The notes under the pieces are model-generated. The model was given only the letters and a program-made list of their open reading frames with translations, had not been told where the DNA came from and searched no databases. Position numbers and translations under genes: made by a program. Source: a virus (taxonomy: Duplodnaviria; Caudoviricetes). From it: 59,254 nucleotides of DNA. The stretch is taken from the IMG/VR virus record IMGVR_UViG_3300023097_000063, positions 1 through 59,254 of that record; one strand, written 5' to 3'. The first letter of the stretch is position 1, and each line of letters begins with the position of its first letter. Positions 17,123 to 26,482 of the stretch are shown here, one piece after another.

Positions 17123-18232
17123 TTAGCCGACCCCCACGCCACGGCCCTGCAGCTGGTAAGCGTGTTCCCACGCGGACCACCACAGGCGGGCGTTCCCTGA
17201 GATCGTAAAGCGCTCCCGTACCGCCTGTCGCCCTGCCGCACCGAGTTCGAGACGCAACGCACTAGACCGCGTCAGCCGGCGCAGATGCTGATGCCACTGC
17301 TTCGGCGACTCAGCGATCAGGCCGCCGCCGGTCGCGGCGTAGAAGGCCCGGTATTCGTCCAGACCGGACGCCACCCACGGGATACCCAGCGCGCTGTACT
17401 CCAGGGCCTTCAGCCAGCTCTTCGACCGGTTGAAGGGGTTGTGCTGCAGCGGGGCGATCCCGACCCCGATCTCCGCCGCGAGCGTTCCCGCGTACTCGTC
17501 GATCGGGACCGGCCCCGTACAGCGCACCTGGCGGGCCTTCACCCCGAACTCGCGGGCGACTACCTCATCAGGGCCCGGTCCGACAATCCGCAGGAACTGT
17601 CCTGCAGTCGTGAACAGCCGGCCGATCGCGTCCCCGACGACCTGGGCGTCGTCCGGGTGGGTGAACACCGACCCCCCCCAGCCGACCTGGGCGGAATCCT
17701 CGTGGGGGACGTCGAGAAGGTGGTCGGGGGCGTAGTTCGGGATCAGGACCCCGCGGCCGTGAGAGGCGTACCGGTCCAGGAGGGGCTGGGTGGTTGCGGT
17801 GACGAGGGTGGCGGCGTCACAGGCACGCTGGCAGTGGTCCCAGTTGTACTCGGAAGAGAACCGCGGGTTGAACTTGTTCACGGCGATGTGCCGCGGGTGG
17901 ATCGCGGCGAGGTCGTCGTCCATTTCTACGACGACGGCGACGCCCTGGTCCCGGAGGATCTGCACGCTGTCCGCGAGGTACCGGTTGAGGGGGCGCTGGA
18001 AGACGACGACGTCGGTGTCTTCGGGAACGTGGACTTTCTGCGCCCGCCCGCCGACGATTTTCCCCGCCTGGTTGAGGCGCGCCCCGATGATCTCCGCCGA
18101 CAGGAACCCGGAAACCTCTGCCTCGGACACGACCTGAACGTTGTGGCCGGTCGCAGCGAGAGCCCGCGAAGGCCAGATCATCCGGTAGGCCCCGCAGCCG
18201 GTTTCGTCCGCGGGAAACACGTACACCTTCAC
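17123..18232 (-). CDS. GT-B (GT4-like) glycosyltransferase
   Basis: GCGAYRM, VEMDDD, GWGGS.TH, GIAPL..NPFNRSKSWLKALEYSALGIP. Confidence 0.88.
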   Translation of the reverse strand: MKVYVFPADETGCGAYRMIWPSRALAATGHNVQVVSEAEVSGFLSAEIIGARLNQAGKIVGGRAQKVHVPEDTDVVVFQRPLNRYLADSVQILRDQGVAVVVEMDDDLAAIHPRHIAVNKFNPRFSSEYNWDHCQRACDAATLVTATTQPLLDRYASHGRGVLIPNYAPDHLLDVPHEDSAQVGWGGSVFTHPDDAQVVGDAIGRLFTTAGQFLRIVGPGPDEVVAREFGVKARQVRCTGPVPIDEYAGTLAAEIGVGIAPLQHNPFNRSKSWLKALEYSALGIPWVASGLDEYRAFYAATGGGLIAESPKQWHQHLRRLTRSSALRLELGAAGRQAVRERFTISGNARLWWSAWEHAYQLQGRGVGVG

Positions 18233-18852
18233 CAGTTACCGGCCTTTCCGCTCGTGTTGCCGGGAACGCCGGGGCGGCCGCGGCCGTGGTGCCGCCACAA
18301 CCACGAGCGGACGGGGACGTGGTGGAAGATCGCCCCCGCGTCGAGCATGCGCAGGTAGAAACCCCAGTCGTCGTATTCGCCTCCGGAGTGCGGGTCGGTC
18401 TTGTATGCGAACCCGCCGACCTCCTGCGCCAGCCCGGTCCGCACCAGCGAGGTCACGGGAAGCCACGACCGCTCCCGGAGCAGGTCGCCGTCGAACGGGA
18501 GCCCGAACCGGCCCCACTCCTCCCGCGGCGCCAGCTGCTGGGCGTTCTGGTCGATGACGAAACACCCGGAGTAGACGACGTCCGCACCCGATTCGCGTGC
18601 GCCGGCTTCGAGGACACGCAGGTGGTCGGGGAGCAGGACGTCATCATCATCCACGAACGCACTGAACTCGGTCACCGACTGCATGAGCCCGCGGGTGCGG
18701 GTGGCGGCGGACCCGGCGCGGGTGTTGTCGGTGGCGATGATGACGGCGTCGGCGCCGCGAGTCTGGGCATTGATCGAGCCGAGACACTGGACCAGATCCG
18801 CGAGCCGCGGCGGAATGTGCGGGACGACGACGGTGATCCCGGGCCCGGTCAC
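18229..18852 (-). CDS. GT-A (GT2-like) glycosyltransferase
   Basis: ITVVVPHIPPR, AATR, AFVDDDD, DDWGF; GTGA-coupled. Confidence 0.88.
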   Translation of the reverse strand: MTGPGITVVVPHIPPRLADLVQCLGSINAQTRGADAVIIATDNTRAGSAATRTRGLMQSVTEFSAFVDDDDVLLPDHLRVLEAGARESGADVVYSGCFVIDQNAQQLAPREEWGRFGLPFDGDLLRERSWLPVTSLVRTGLAQEVGGFAYKTDPHSGGEYDDWGFYLRMLDAGAIFHHVPVRSWLWRHHGRGRPGVPGNTSGKAGNW

Positions 18853-19439
18853 CACCGCGACGCCAGACCGCTCGTATTCGCGTTGTGGACCTCGTACGTC
18901 CACAGGATCTCGGGGGTGTGGGCGAACACGGCGCCGGCTTTGACGCAGCCGAGGATGAACTCCCAGTCCTCCCCCGACCACTCCTGATGCGCCGGCTCCC
19001 GCTGGCCGAATCCGACCGACTTCGCCAGGTCGGTGCGGACGAGAACGGTCATGGTCGTATGGTGCGGGTTCGCCGGGTCCATCTGCCGGCCGCGGTGGCC
19101 GGGGAACACGTTGTTCCCGTCGAACCAGCCCCACAGGAAGTCGGCGCCGGTGTCGGCCTGGAGGCGGTGGAGGGTTTCGAGGTACGGGGGGTGTAAACGG
19201 TCGTCGTCGTCCAGGAACGCGACCCACGGCGTGGTGACGCCGTCCAGAGCGCGCTGCCGGGTCGCGGCCGCGCCTTGCTTGCACACGTCGGTCGCGATGG
19301 AGATCGCGGCGGCGGGCATCGTCTGGGCGGCGACGGACTGGAGGGCACGAGGGAGATACGTGTTGAGGCGGGGCGGAATTACCGGGATGACGATGGTGGT
19401 GTCGTCGGGGTGGCATGCCATGCGCCCGATCCTAGACAT
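18849..19439 (-). CDS. GT-A (GT2-like) glycosyltransferase, paralog of 18229-18852
   Basis: TIVIPVIPPR, AATR, AFLDDDD, EDWEF, NTSG. Confidence 0.88.
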   Translation of the reverse strand: MSRIGRMACHPDDTTIVIPVIPPRLNTYLPRALQSVAAQTMPAAAISIATDVCKQGAAATRQRALDGVTTPWVAFLDDDDRLHPPYLETLHRLQADTGADFLWGWFDGNNVFPGHRGRQMDPANPHHTTMTVLVRTDLAKSVGFGQREPAHQEWSGEDWEFILGCVKAGAVFAHTPEILWTYEVHNANTSGLASRW

Positions 19440-19462
19440 CGGGCCGGGCGCACGGCCGCTGA

Positions 19463-19690
19463 TCAGTTGAGAAAGTCCTCTGCGCTGACACCGTCGATGG
19501 TCTGCTTGATGACGCTCTGCGCTGCGCCCTCGGAGGTGTACGGGCCGCCCGCCAGGGGAAGGCCACCGCCGTCGTAGTCGACCTCGATGCTCCATGTGCT
19601 GGCGGAGCCGATCGCATAGACGGACTTGCAGCGCTTCAGGTTGACGTAGTTGCCGTTGGCAAGCTTGATGAAGTCTGGCGTTGAACTCAT
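19463..19690 (-). CDS. small hypothetical beta-rich protein
   Basis: FIKLANGNYVNL...; lower GC. Confidence 0.6.
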   Translation of the reverse strand: MSSTPDFIKLANGNYVNLKRCKSVYAIGSASTWSIEVDYDGGGLPLAGGPYTSEGAAQSVIKQTIDGVSAEDFLN

Positions 19691-19705
19691 AACGTAATCC
19701 TAGAT

Positions 19706-20623
19706 TCAGTCGCCATACCGGCGGAGGGCTTCGGCCACACCGTCTTCGATGCTGACCTGCGGCACGTACAGCTCGTGCATGCGGGCCGGATGACCCACCC
19801 TGCGGAAGACACCCATGGGCTTGTCCGCGAGGACGTTCACCCCCGGGTCGTAGCCCACCTGCCTCGCCGCTATACCGATCAGGTCGGCCATCGAAGTGCC
19901 CAGGCCGGTACACAGGTTGACCGGCTGGCGCTCATCGGCATCGACAACGGCAAGGGAGGCACGGACGACGTCGGTGATGTGGATCCAGTCCCGGATCTGA
20001 TCCTGGTCCCCCCACACGTCAAGCGGGTCCTGGCGCTGAGCGGCCCGGCCAACGATGGCAGGGAACGGGTAGTCGAGGTCCTGGGTGGCCCCGTACCCGG
20101 AGAACGGGCGGACGACGTGAACGCGGAGTCCTTCGTGGGCGGCCGCGGCGGCGAGGCGTTCGCCGGTGATTTTCGCCCACCCGTAGTTCGCGTCCGGCTG
20201 GCGCATGTCGGCCAGGTCGATGTAGTCCTCGCGGAGCTGCGTGCTGAAGCTGTGCCGGGTCTGCATGCTGACCGGGTACGCGGCGGAGGACGAGTAGTAC
20301 AGGACTGCCTTCTGGCCGGTGGCGAGCGCCCACCGGAACAGGGAGGCGTCGAGGAGGAGGTTTCCGGCGAGGGCCATCGGCTGGCCGTCGATCGTCGCGC
20401 GGCCGCCGACTGTGTACGCGCAGTGGACCACGAGGTCGAACTGGTGCGTGACGTCGCGGAAGAACTGCAGGGCGTCGATCTGGGAGTGTCTGTGCGCGGC
20501 CAGGCTTCCGTGTGCGCCCCGCAGGTCGATGCCATCTACCTCCCAGCCACGTGCGACGAGTTCGGCGGCGATGTGCCGGCCGACGAACCCGGAGCTGCCC
20601 GTGACGAGCGCGCTCGGGCTCAT
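19706..20623 (-). CDS. NAD-dependent NDP-sugar epimerase/dehydratase (extended SDR)
   Basis: VTGSSGFVG, SSSAAY, YGWAK, RPFSGYG, RDWIHITD. Confidence 0.93.
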   Translation of the reverse strand: MSPSALVTGSSGFVGRHIAAELVARGWEVDGIDLRGAHGSLAAHRHSQIDALQFFRDVTHQFDLVVHCAYTVGGRATIDGQPMALAGNLLLDASLFRWALATGQKAVLYYSSSAAYPVSMQTRHSFSTQLREDYIDLADMRQPDANYGWAKITGERLAAAAAHEGLRVHVVRPFSGYGATQDLDYPFPAIVGRAAQRQDPLDVWGDQDQIRDWIHITDVVRASLAVVDADERQPVNLCTGLGTSMADLIGIAARQVGYDPGVNVLADKPMGVFRRVGHPARMHELYVPQVSIEDGVAEALRRYGD

Positions 20624-21240
20624 CGGACGGCCTCTGCGGCGACGACCTGGAACATGCCGACCCGTTCATGCCGGAGGATTTCCCACCCCGACGTGGTGAA
20701 CAGGTCCGCGTATCCGGCTTCGTCGAACGCCCACGCGTGCTCGGCGCAGTGGGAGTGGTCGGTTTCCGTGGCCGGCGACGACGCGACGACCGCACGGACC
20801 CCGGCCGCGTGGAGACGGCGGAGGACCGTCCACGGGTCAGCGACGTGTTCGAGGACCTCGGTCATCACGGCCAGCTCGGCGAGTTCGATGCCGTGGAAGG
20901 TGTCGCCGGTGGCGAACACGTCGGCGTAGCGGCCGTCAACGCCGCGTTCCGTCCAGCCTTGCTGGTTGGACGGCTGGAAGTCGTACCCCCACGCCTCGAT
21001 CTCTTCCCGCGGGTATCGGGCGAGGAGGGACAGGAGGCCACCGTCGCCGCAGCCGAGGTCGACGACGGTGAGGGCGCCGATGCTCGCGTGGTGCCGGTAC
21101 CAGGTGACCAGTTCGGCGGCCTTGTCGAGGCGTGGCCGGTGGACGCCTTGTTCGAGGTGGGGGGCGCGTTCCCGGTCGGCGTGGAATGCGGCGGTGGACA
21201 CGTGGGGGGTGTCGCCGTCGAAGAGTTTCCAGAACGTCAT
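20620..21240 (-). CDS. class I SAM-dependent methyltransferase
   Basis: VVDLGCGDG, TEVLEH.DP. Confidence 0.88.
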   Translation of the reverse strand: MTFWKLFDGDTPHVSTAAFHADRERAPHLEQGVHRPRLDKAAELVTWYRHHASIGALTVVDLGCGDGGLLSLLARYPREEIEAWGYDFQPSNQQGWTERGVDGRYADVFATGDTFHGIELAELAVMTEVLEHVADPWTVLRRLHAAGVRAVVASSPATETDHSHCAEHAWAFDEAGYADLFTTSGWEILRHERVGMFQVVAAEAVR

Positions 21241-21246
21241 GCGGGG

Positions 21247-21471
21247 TCAGTCATCAAGGTCGACGGTGCCGAGGATGTTCTCGATCCGCTGCTTGAGGGT
21301 CTCGGCCTCCGGCTCCGTCATCGGCGTGTTAACGGCGAACTGCGCGACGGCGTCGTTGCCGGCGTTGTTCCCAATGACCTGGTAGCCGCCATCCGGGTTC
21401 ACACCGACGAAGAACGAGAGGATCTGGTTCACGTTGATCGCGTTGTCGTACTTGTCCCGAAGGAACATCAT
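21247..21471 (-). CDS. small hypothetical beta-rich protein
   Basis: AAGGAG RBS, ATGA overlap; MMFLRDKYDNAINVNQILSF. Confidence 0.6.
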   Translation of the reverse strand: MMFLRDKYDNAINVNQILSFFVGVNPDGGYQVIGNNAGNDAVAQFAVNTPMTEPEAETLKQRIENILGTVDLDD

Positions 21472-22106
21472 GTCTCCTTGAACGCGGTGACTGCCTGGAA
21501 TCGTAGCGTCCGCCAGAGGGCTGTTCCGTGGTTGAACGGCTTCTCTGAGGCGCACTCGCGCTGATCGGCCACCGTCCACCCTGCCTCTTCGAACAGCTGC
21601 CGGTAACCGGGTAGGTCCCATGCCCATGCGTGTTGCTCGTAATGCCAGACGTCGTCCTCGGCGGACGGCGAGGTAGCGATGAGCCAGCCTGCCGGCAGGC
21701 TCCGCACGAAGGCGTGCGGGTCCAGCAGATGCTCGATGACCTCGGTGACGGTGACAAGCTGCCCGTATTCGAGCGGCTCCGCCAGGATGTCGGCTTGGCG
21801 TGCGTCCACTCCCACCCGGGCGGCCGCCGCCATGTTCCCGGTGCCGGCGTCGTAGCCCCATGCGCGCAGGCGCGGATGGCGGTCGCGTAAGAGCGCGAGG
21901 AAGCTGCCGTCGCCGCACCCGATGTCCGACACGGTGCTCAGCGCGGGTTCTTTGGCGATGAGGTCGGTGACGGCCTGGACGACCATGGCGAGGCGTTCGG
22001 CGTGGCCGATCTGGTCGTCGCCGGGCACCCACGGGTGAGCCTCGAAGAACGCGGTGGTGGTGAAATCGGGGATCGTGCCTTCGGGGAAGAGCCGCCATTC
22101 GGTCAT
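21468..22106 (-). CDS. class I SAM-dependent methyltransferase, paralog of 20620-21240
   Basis: SDIGCGDG, TEVIEH.DP, HAWAWD..GY..LF...GW shared with paralog. Confidence 0.88.
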   Translation of the reverse strand: MTEWRLFPEGTIPDFTTTAFFEAHPWVPGDDQIGHAERLAMVVQAVTDLIAKEPALSTVSDIGCGDGSFLALLRDRHPRLRAWGYDAGTGNMAAAARVGVDARQADILAEPLEYGQLVTVTEVIEHLLDPHAFVRSLPAGWLIATSPSAEDDVWHYEQHAWAWDLPGYRQLFEEAGWTVADQRECASEKPFNHGTALWRTLRFQAVTAFKET

Positions 22107-22780
22107 GCGGGCATCAGCTTCCGGAGTTGGTCGACGTCCGCGGTGAAGTCGTGGCGGTCGAACATGTGCTGATCGTGGCTGTACATGTCCGGGGCGTTGA
22201 CCCTCCGGTAGCCGTCGTCCCACTCGACTTTCCCCGACACCGGATGGAGGTGCTCGACGATCACGTCCGGGAGGTACCGGATCCGGCCGGTGTGGGTGCC
22301 GAGGGCGAGGACCCAGTTGTCCATGTACAGGTGCTTGAACTCCGGCGGTGACATGTGCCCCAGCACCCGGACGACATCGGAGGTGACGGCGAACTGGGTG
22401 GGGAGGTTCGGGCCTTGGATGAGGTCGTTGCCGTACACCCATCCCCAGCGCAGGTCCGCGAGCGCGGCGAGGTAGGCGGTGTCGAAGCCGAGGGTGCGTG
22501 GCCGGTGGTCGTCGCCCATGAACATGAGGTTGTCGGCCTGGTCGGCCGCCCAACCGGCGCCGCAGTTGAGGGCTTCGATCATGTTGGTGTGGGGGCCGTG
22601 CCGGAGGTGGAACCCGGCGTCCGCGGCCGCGGCGACGTAGGCGTCGAAGTCGGGGTCGTCGTCGTCGATGACGATCGTGACCGCGGTGTCCCCGGTGGTG
22701 GTGGCCTGGACGGCGTGGGCGATCTCCGCGACCGCGCGCGGCCGGCCACGGGTGGGGACAATGATCATGAGGTCGTTCAT
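22103..22780 (-). CDS. GT-A glycosyltransferase
   Basis: IIVPTRGRP, VIDDDD, FMGDDH, H.Y.D, EHLHP. Confidence 0.85.
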   Translation of the reverse strand: MNDLMIIVPTRGRPRAVAEIAHAVQATTTGDTAVTIVIDDDDPDFDAYVAAAADAGFHLRHGPHTNMIEALNCGAGWAADQADNLMFMGDDHRPRTLGFDTAYLAALADLRWGWVYGNDLIQGPNLPTQFAVTSDVVRVLGHMSPPEFKHLYMDNWVLALGTHTGRIRYLPDVIVEHLHPVSGKVEWDDGYRRVNAPDMYSHDQHMFDRHDFTADVDQLRKLMPA

Positions 22781-23496
22781 CAGGAGACCGCCTGTTGTGT
22801 GAGGGCGAGGGACGCGGTGGTGACGTTCACCGCTGAGCCCTGGGACTGTTTCGCCGCCAGCTGCACCCGCTGCCCCGCCACGAGCGGGGTCGTCCACACG
22901 CCGTACGCGTGCGGGCCCGAAGAGCCGGTCGTCGCTGATGACCCGGTCGCGGGCCGGTCGAACTCCCGATACTTGACCACCGTAGTTCCGGCTGAGTCGA
23001 GGATGTTGACCCGTGCGACCCGCAGGCCGCTCGTACCGGTCGCGAACTCCACCCACACCTCTGCGGTGTACAGGCCGTCTTCGGGGACGGTCATGTAGTC
23101 GTTTCCGCCGGTGAACATGGCCGCGTTGTCGAAGTCCTCGACTGGGAGGGCGATAGCGGTGCCGGTGACGCCGAACCCGGAGACGCCGGTGACGCCGGTC
23201 GGGATCGAGATCGTCGTCACCCGTGACGCTGCGGCGCCGGGCTGCAGGAGGGCCCGGTGTGCCGGCTCCCAGGCCCCGCCGCGGACGACGTACTTCTTGT
23301 CGTTGTCGTCGAGGAACGACTCTTCGCCGTCGACCACGGTGGTGTGGCGGGTGGTGCGGTCCGCGGCCGAGCTGTAGCGCAGGTTCACACGGGGTTCGAT
23401 GACACCGTTGTAGGCGGCCATCGCGCCGGGGAACGTGTCTCTCAGGTCAGTGGATAGGGGGAGGGGGACTCCTTGGTCGGGGCTGTTGGCAGGCAT
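22780..23496 (-). CDS. minor tail / receptor-binding protein (C1q/TNF-like C-terminus)
   Basis: End of tail module; F.G...YMTVPEDGLY, L.AG..VQL pattern. Confidence 0.7.
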   Translation of the reverse strand: MPANSPDQGVPLPLSTDLRDTFPGAMAAYNGVIEPRVNLRYSSAADRTTRHTTVVDGEESFLDDNDKKYVVRGGAWEPAHRALLQPGAAASRVTTISIPTGVTGVSGFGVTGTAIALPVEDFDNAAMFTGGNDYMTVPEDGLYTAEVWVEFATGTSGLRVARVNILDSAGTTVVKYREFDRPATGSSATTGSSGPHAYGVWTTPLVAGQRVQLAAKQSQGSAVNVTTASLALTQQAVS

Positions 23497-23497
23497 G

Positions 23498-24358
23498 TCA
23501 GCTGACCCTCCATACGCGTACGTCGTCGACGAGGAAGCTTCCGGTGACGTTGACAGGGCTGTTGCTGGCCAAAGATCCGTAGTTGACGGTCACCCGGAAG
23601 CTGCTGTTCCCGGGTGGGACGCTCATGGGCCCGGTCGTCATCGGTACCCACCCGGACGATGATGATCCGAACGAGGTCGAGGCGCCTTCGAACGGGCTGG
23701 GCTGCCCGGTCGAGTTGAAGATCAGTTCTGTGTTGACGTACGCGCCTGGGCTGCCCTGGAAGATCGCCTGACGTACGAACATGCTGACCTGCCACGACTG
23801 GCCCGGCGAGCACGGCACCGACGGCGACAACATGAAGTAGCTGGCGGCCGCACCGGACGAGAGCGCGGTGATGACATAGTCGCCTTTCGCGACCTGCACG
23901 CCGTGGGGGATCGGGGTGGTATCCGACGAGACGGAGTTCGCGAACTCCATCGGGTCGACGGTCGCGCTGACCGAGGAAGACGTGTCAATGCTCCAGCCTT
24001 GGCCGATCGCCGTGCCGGGGGCGCCGTTCTCGAACGACCAGCGCGCCTGCGACCCGTCCGCGGCGACTCCGTCCGTGGGGAGGGCGCCGCCGATTCCCCG
24101 GGTCGACAGGGACCCGATCGCGATCCACTGCGACCCTTGCTTGATCAGGTAGGCGAGGTCCCCGATCTGCGGCCGGTACGACGACAGCGTAGGCACCTGA
24201 ATTCCCGGGGTGATCCCGATCAGGCCGGTCGTGGGCCAGTCCCCGATGCCGATCACCTCCCCCACCCCCGTCGACGGGGGAATCGCGGGGAGGGTCGGGA
24301 ACGGGTTCGTGATGACGTCTTCGAGCTCGACGTTGACGTCCTGCCCGCATTCACTCAC
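23498..24358 (-). CDS. minor tail protein with OB-like and carbohydrate-binding-like domains
   Basis: LSSYRPQIGD...W.AIG; CBM4/9-like SFE..., PGQSWQVS, LVDDV. Confidence 0.7.
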   Translation of the reverse strand: MSECGQDVNVELEDVITNPFPTLPAIPPSTGVGEVIGIGDWPTTGLIGITPGIQVPTLSSYRPQIGDLAYLIKQGSQWIAIGSLSTRGIGGALPTDGVAADGSQARWSFENGAPGTAIGQGWSIDTSSSVSATVDPMEFANSVSSDTTPIPHGVQVAKGDYVITALSSGAAASYFMLSPSVPCSPGQSWQVSMFVRQAIFQGSPGAYVNTELIFNSTGQPSPFEGASTSFGSSSSGWVPMTTGPMSVPPGNSSFRVTVNYGSLASNSPVNVTGSFLVDDVRVWRVS

Positions 24359-25422
24359 GACGCCAACTCCCTTGCCGCGATGCTCGTCTGGTCCAGGGCC
24401 AGGAGCGGATAGTCGACCGACTCGACCACCTGGGTGATCGTGGCCTCGTTGTAGACGGTGTCGAACACGTCCAGGGGATCGAGGAGCGGAAAGTGGGGGG
24501 TGGTGATCGTCCACGAGTGGACCATCGCCAGGGACTGGTTGAGGAGCCGCTGGGCAAAATCCGTTGCGGCCGGAATCGTACGGAGGGTGTCGTTGCGGAT
24601 GATGCAGTTCTGCTTCCCGAACGGCCCACCCCACCGGGTCGGGGAGCCCGGGTCAGTGTCGCGGACCGTGACCCGCATCGGGGTGACACCACGCACGATG
24701 CTCTCCGACACGACCGTGATCGAGTTCCGGACCACGCTCCGGGAGACGGTGTCGGTCGCCTCGCGGATCGTCCCGTCGACACCGTTGCGGATGGTGATCC
24801 CGGAGGCGATCGCGGTCCCCTTGTACGGGTTCGACGCGATCAGAAAGCTCCCGGTGCGGCTAGCCAGCCACACCGCGTTGATGCCCTTCGCGAGCTCGTC
24901 CAAAGCCGCACCACGGTCCTCCTCATAGTTCCCGGCGGTGGCTGCATCGTCGATGACACCCGGCCCGACTTCGACGACGAACGACGGATCGACGTCTTGG
25001 ATCATGGCGGTCATGACGTCGATCGTCGACTGGCCTTCCGCGACCGCCCACGGCACCTCGAACAGGGCGCGTGCGATGTCCGCACCCCGGTCCACGACGG
25101 ACAGGGTCACCGCGCCAGTCGTGCGATCGTTCTGGATCGCGTCGACCCTGCCAGTCATGACAGGCACCATTTCGATCGTGGGGATCCCCGTGCGGATCAT
25201 GACCACGTCCGACAGCGTCGACACTGACAGGCCCTCGTAGTAGTTACGCTCCATCGCGACGGTCCCGGTCCGGCCGACCTGGGCGTTGTAGGTGGCGGAG
25301 ACCATACCGCCGACGAACGGCAGCGGGGTGATGTCGGCGCCGCGGATGAGGAGGACGTCGGCGGTCATGCGGTGGGAGTGGGCGAGCGCGGCGATGAGCG
25401 CATCCGATGCCGGGTAGACCAT
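24355..25422 (-). CDS. minor tail (baseplate hub, DUF5047-like) protein
   Basis: Position; VRNSITV, D.DP.SPTRWGGPFGK, P.LDP.DV. Confidence 0.75.
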   Translation of the reverse strand: MVYPASDALIAALAHSHRMTADVLLIRGADITPLPFVGGMVSATYNAQVGRTGTVAMERNYYEGLSVSTLSDVVMIRTGIPTIEMVPVMTGRVDAIQNDRTTGAVTLSVVDRGADIARALFEVPWAVAEGQSTIDVMTAMIQDVDPSFVVEVGPGVIDDAATAGNYEEDRGAALDELAKGINAVWLASRTGSFLIASNPYKGTAIASGITIRNGVDGTIREATDTVSRSVVRNSITVVSESIVRGVTPMRVTVRDTDPGSPTRWGGPFGKQNCIIRNDTLRTIPAATDFAQRLLNQSLAMVHSWTITTPHFPLLDPLDVFDTVYNEATITQVVESVDYPLLALDQTSIAARELAS

Positions 25423-25649
25423 CAGCGGTGTCCTCTGCAACAGCATGGCGCCCCGTTGCGGCCGCCGGGCGGTGGAGGCGGAGAAGGTAGCGCCGCGGAC
25501 GTGACGGTGGGGATGGCGGTGACACCGGCCGGGTTGAGCTTCTGCCCCCGCTCGACCGGCGCCGGACCCGGGGGTGGGCGAAGGAGACTCCAGACGACGG
25601 TACCGGCGACCCCTGCACCGATGAACATCCCGATCATCATGTCGATCAC
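25422..25649 (-). CDS. small membrane protein
   Basis: GTGA overlap; N-terminal TM, Pro-rich, CCC. Confidence 0.5.
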   Translation of the reverse strand: MIDMMIGMFIGAGVAGTVVWSLLRPPPGPAPVERGQKLNPAGVTAIPTVTSAALPSPPPPPGGRNGAPCCCRGHR

Positions 25650-26482
25650 TGCTGGCCTTCGACCCACGTGCCGGTCGCAGCGCCCCAGGTCCCGGTGGTG
25701 TCTTCCCACCCGTATCCGTCGGGGGCGAGGAACGTCGACCCGACCGGAAACACACTTAACAGTGACAGGGGGGCCTCGACTGGGCCGTTCGTGACCCGGT
25801 ACGGCAGCTGCCACACCCGGTACGGCTTGAACATGTCGATACTCACCCTCGACATGGTCACGTCCCCGACCGCGATGTAGTCCAGGCCCGACGTCGTCAA
25901 ACCCCAACCGGTCTCTACCGGCAACTGCAGGACCAGGTCCACACCGTCCGCGAGGATCGTCTTCATCGCCGTGATGTCCGGCAATGCCAAAGACACGAAC
26001 ACGGCGATACCGGCCTCACCGCGACGCGGCTGCGCGACCGTGATCGGCACGACCCCGCCGTCAAGGTCGAACACCCCCGTAGCCGTGGCCAGGCCGACAT
26101 CACCGAACCCCTGAAAGAAGATCCCCGACACCGGATCACACGCCGACCCCAACCGGGGGCAGTCCTCCGCGAACTCGATGTCCCTCGACGGGTTCGTCGG
26201 ATCCCGCAACCATCCTGCCGCGCTGGCCGTGACAGCCACCTCCCCAGACGTGAGCACCACCGTGCCGCCGTCATCCTCGAGCTCGTACGAGACGGGGGTG
26301 GCGGCGGGCGCTTCGGTGTCGTAGACGACGATCCAACCCGCATCATCCCTGACCGGGAACCCACGGACCAGCGCCCTCCCGCCCGGGGTGATCCGGTACA
26401 GGGCCCACACATCCCCCGAGGTGGGGGTTTCCGCGACGACCTGCGCGGCCGTGCCGACGGACGTGGCGGTGAGTGAGGCCAT
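25646..26482 (-). CDS. minor tail (distal tail-like) protein
   Basis: Follows tape measure; YDTEAP....SY, WLRDP..P. Confidence 0.75.
   Translation of the reverse strand: MASLTATSVGTAAQVVAETPTSGDVWALYRITPGGRALVRGFPVRDDAGWIVVYDTEAPAATPVSYELEDDGGTVVLTSGEVAVTASAAGWLRDPTNPSRDIEFAEDCPRLGSACDPVSGIFFQGFGDVGLATATGVFDLDGGVVPITVAQPRRGEAGIAVFVSLALPDITAMKTILADGVDLVLQLPVETGWGLTTSGLDYIAVGDVTMSRVSIDMFKPYRVWQLPYRVTNGPVEAPLSLLSVFPVGSTFLAPDGYGWEDTTGTWGAATGTWVEGQQ

Noticed and set aside
15661-22780. DNA hypermodification pathway (thyX + GTs + C5-MTase)
   Set aside because: No TET/JBP dioxygenase, dNMP hydroxymethylase, kinase or polymerase was recognised, and the GTs are linked to tail genes. Not fully excluded because the genome is incomplete
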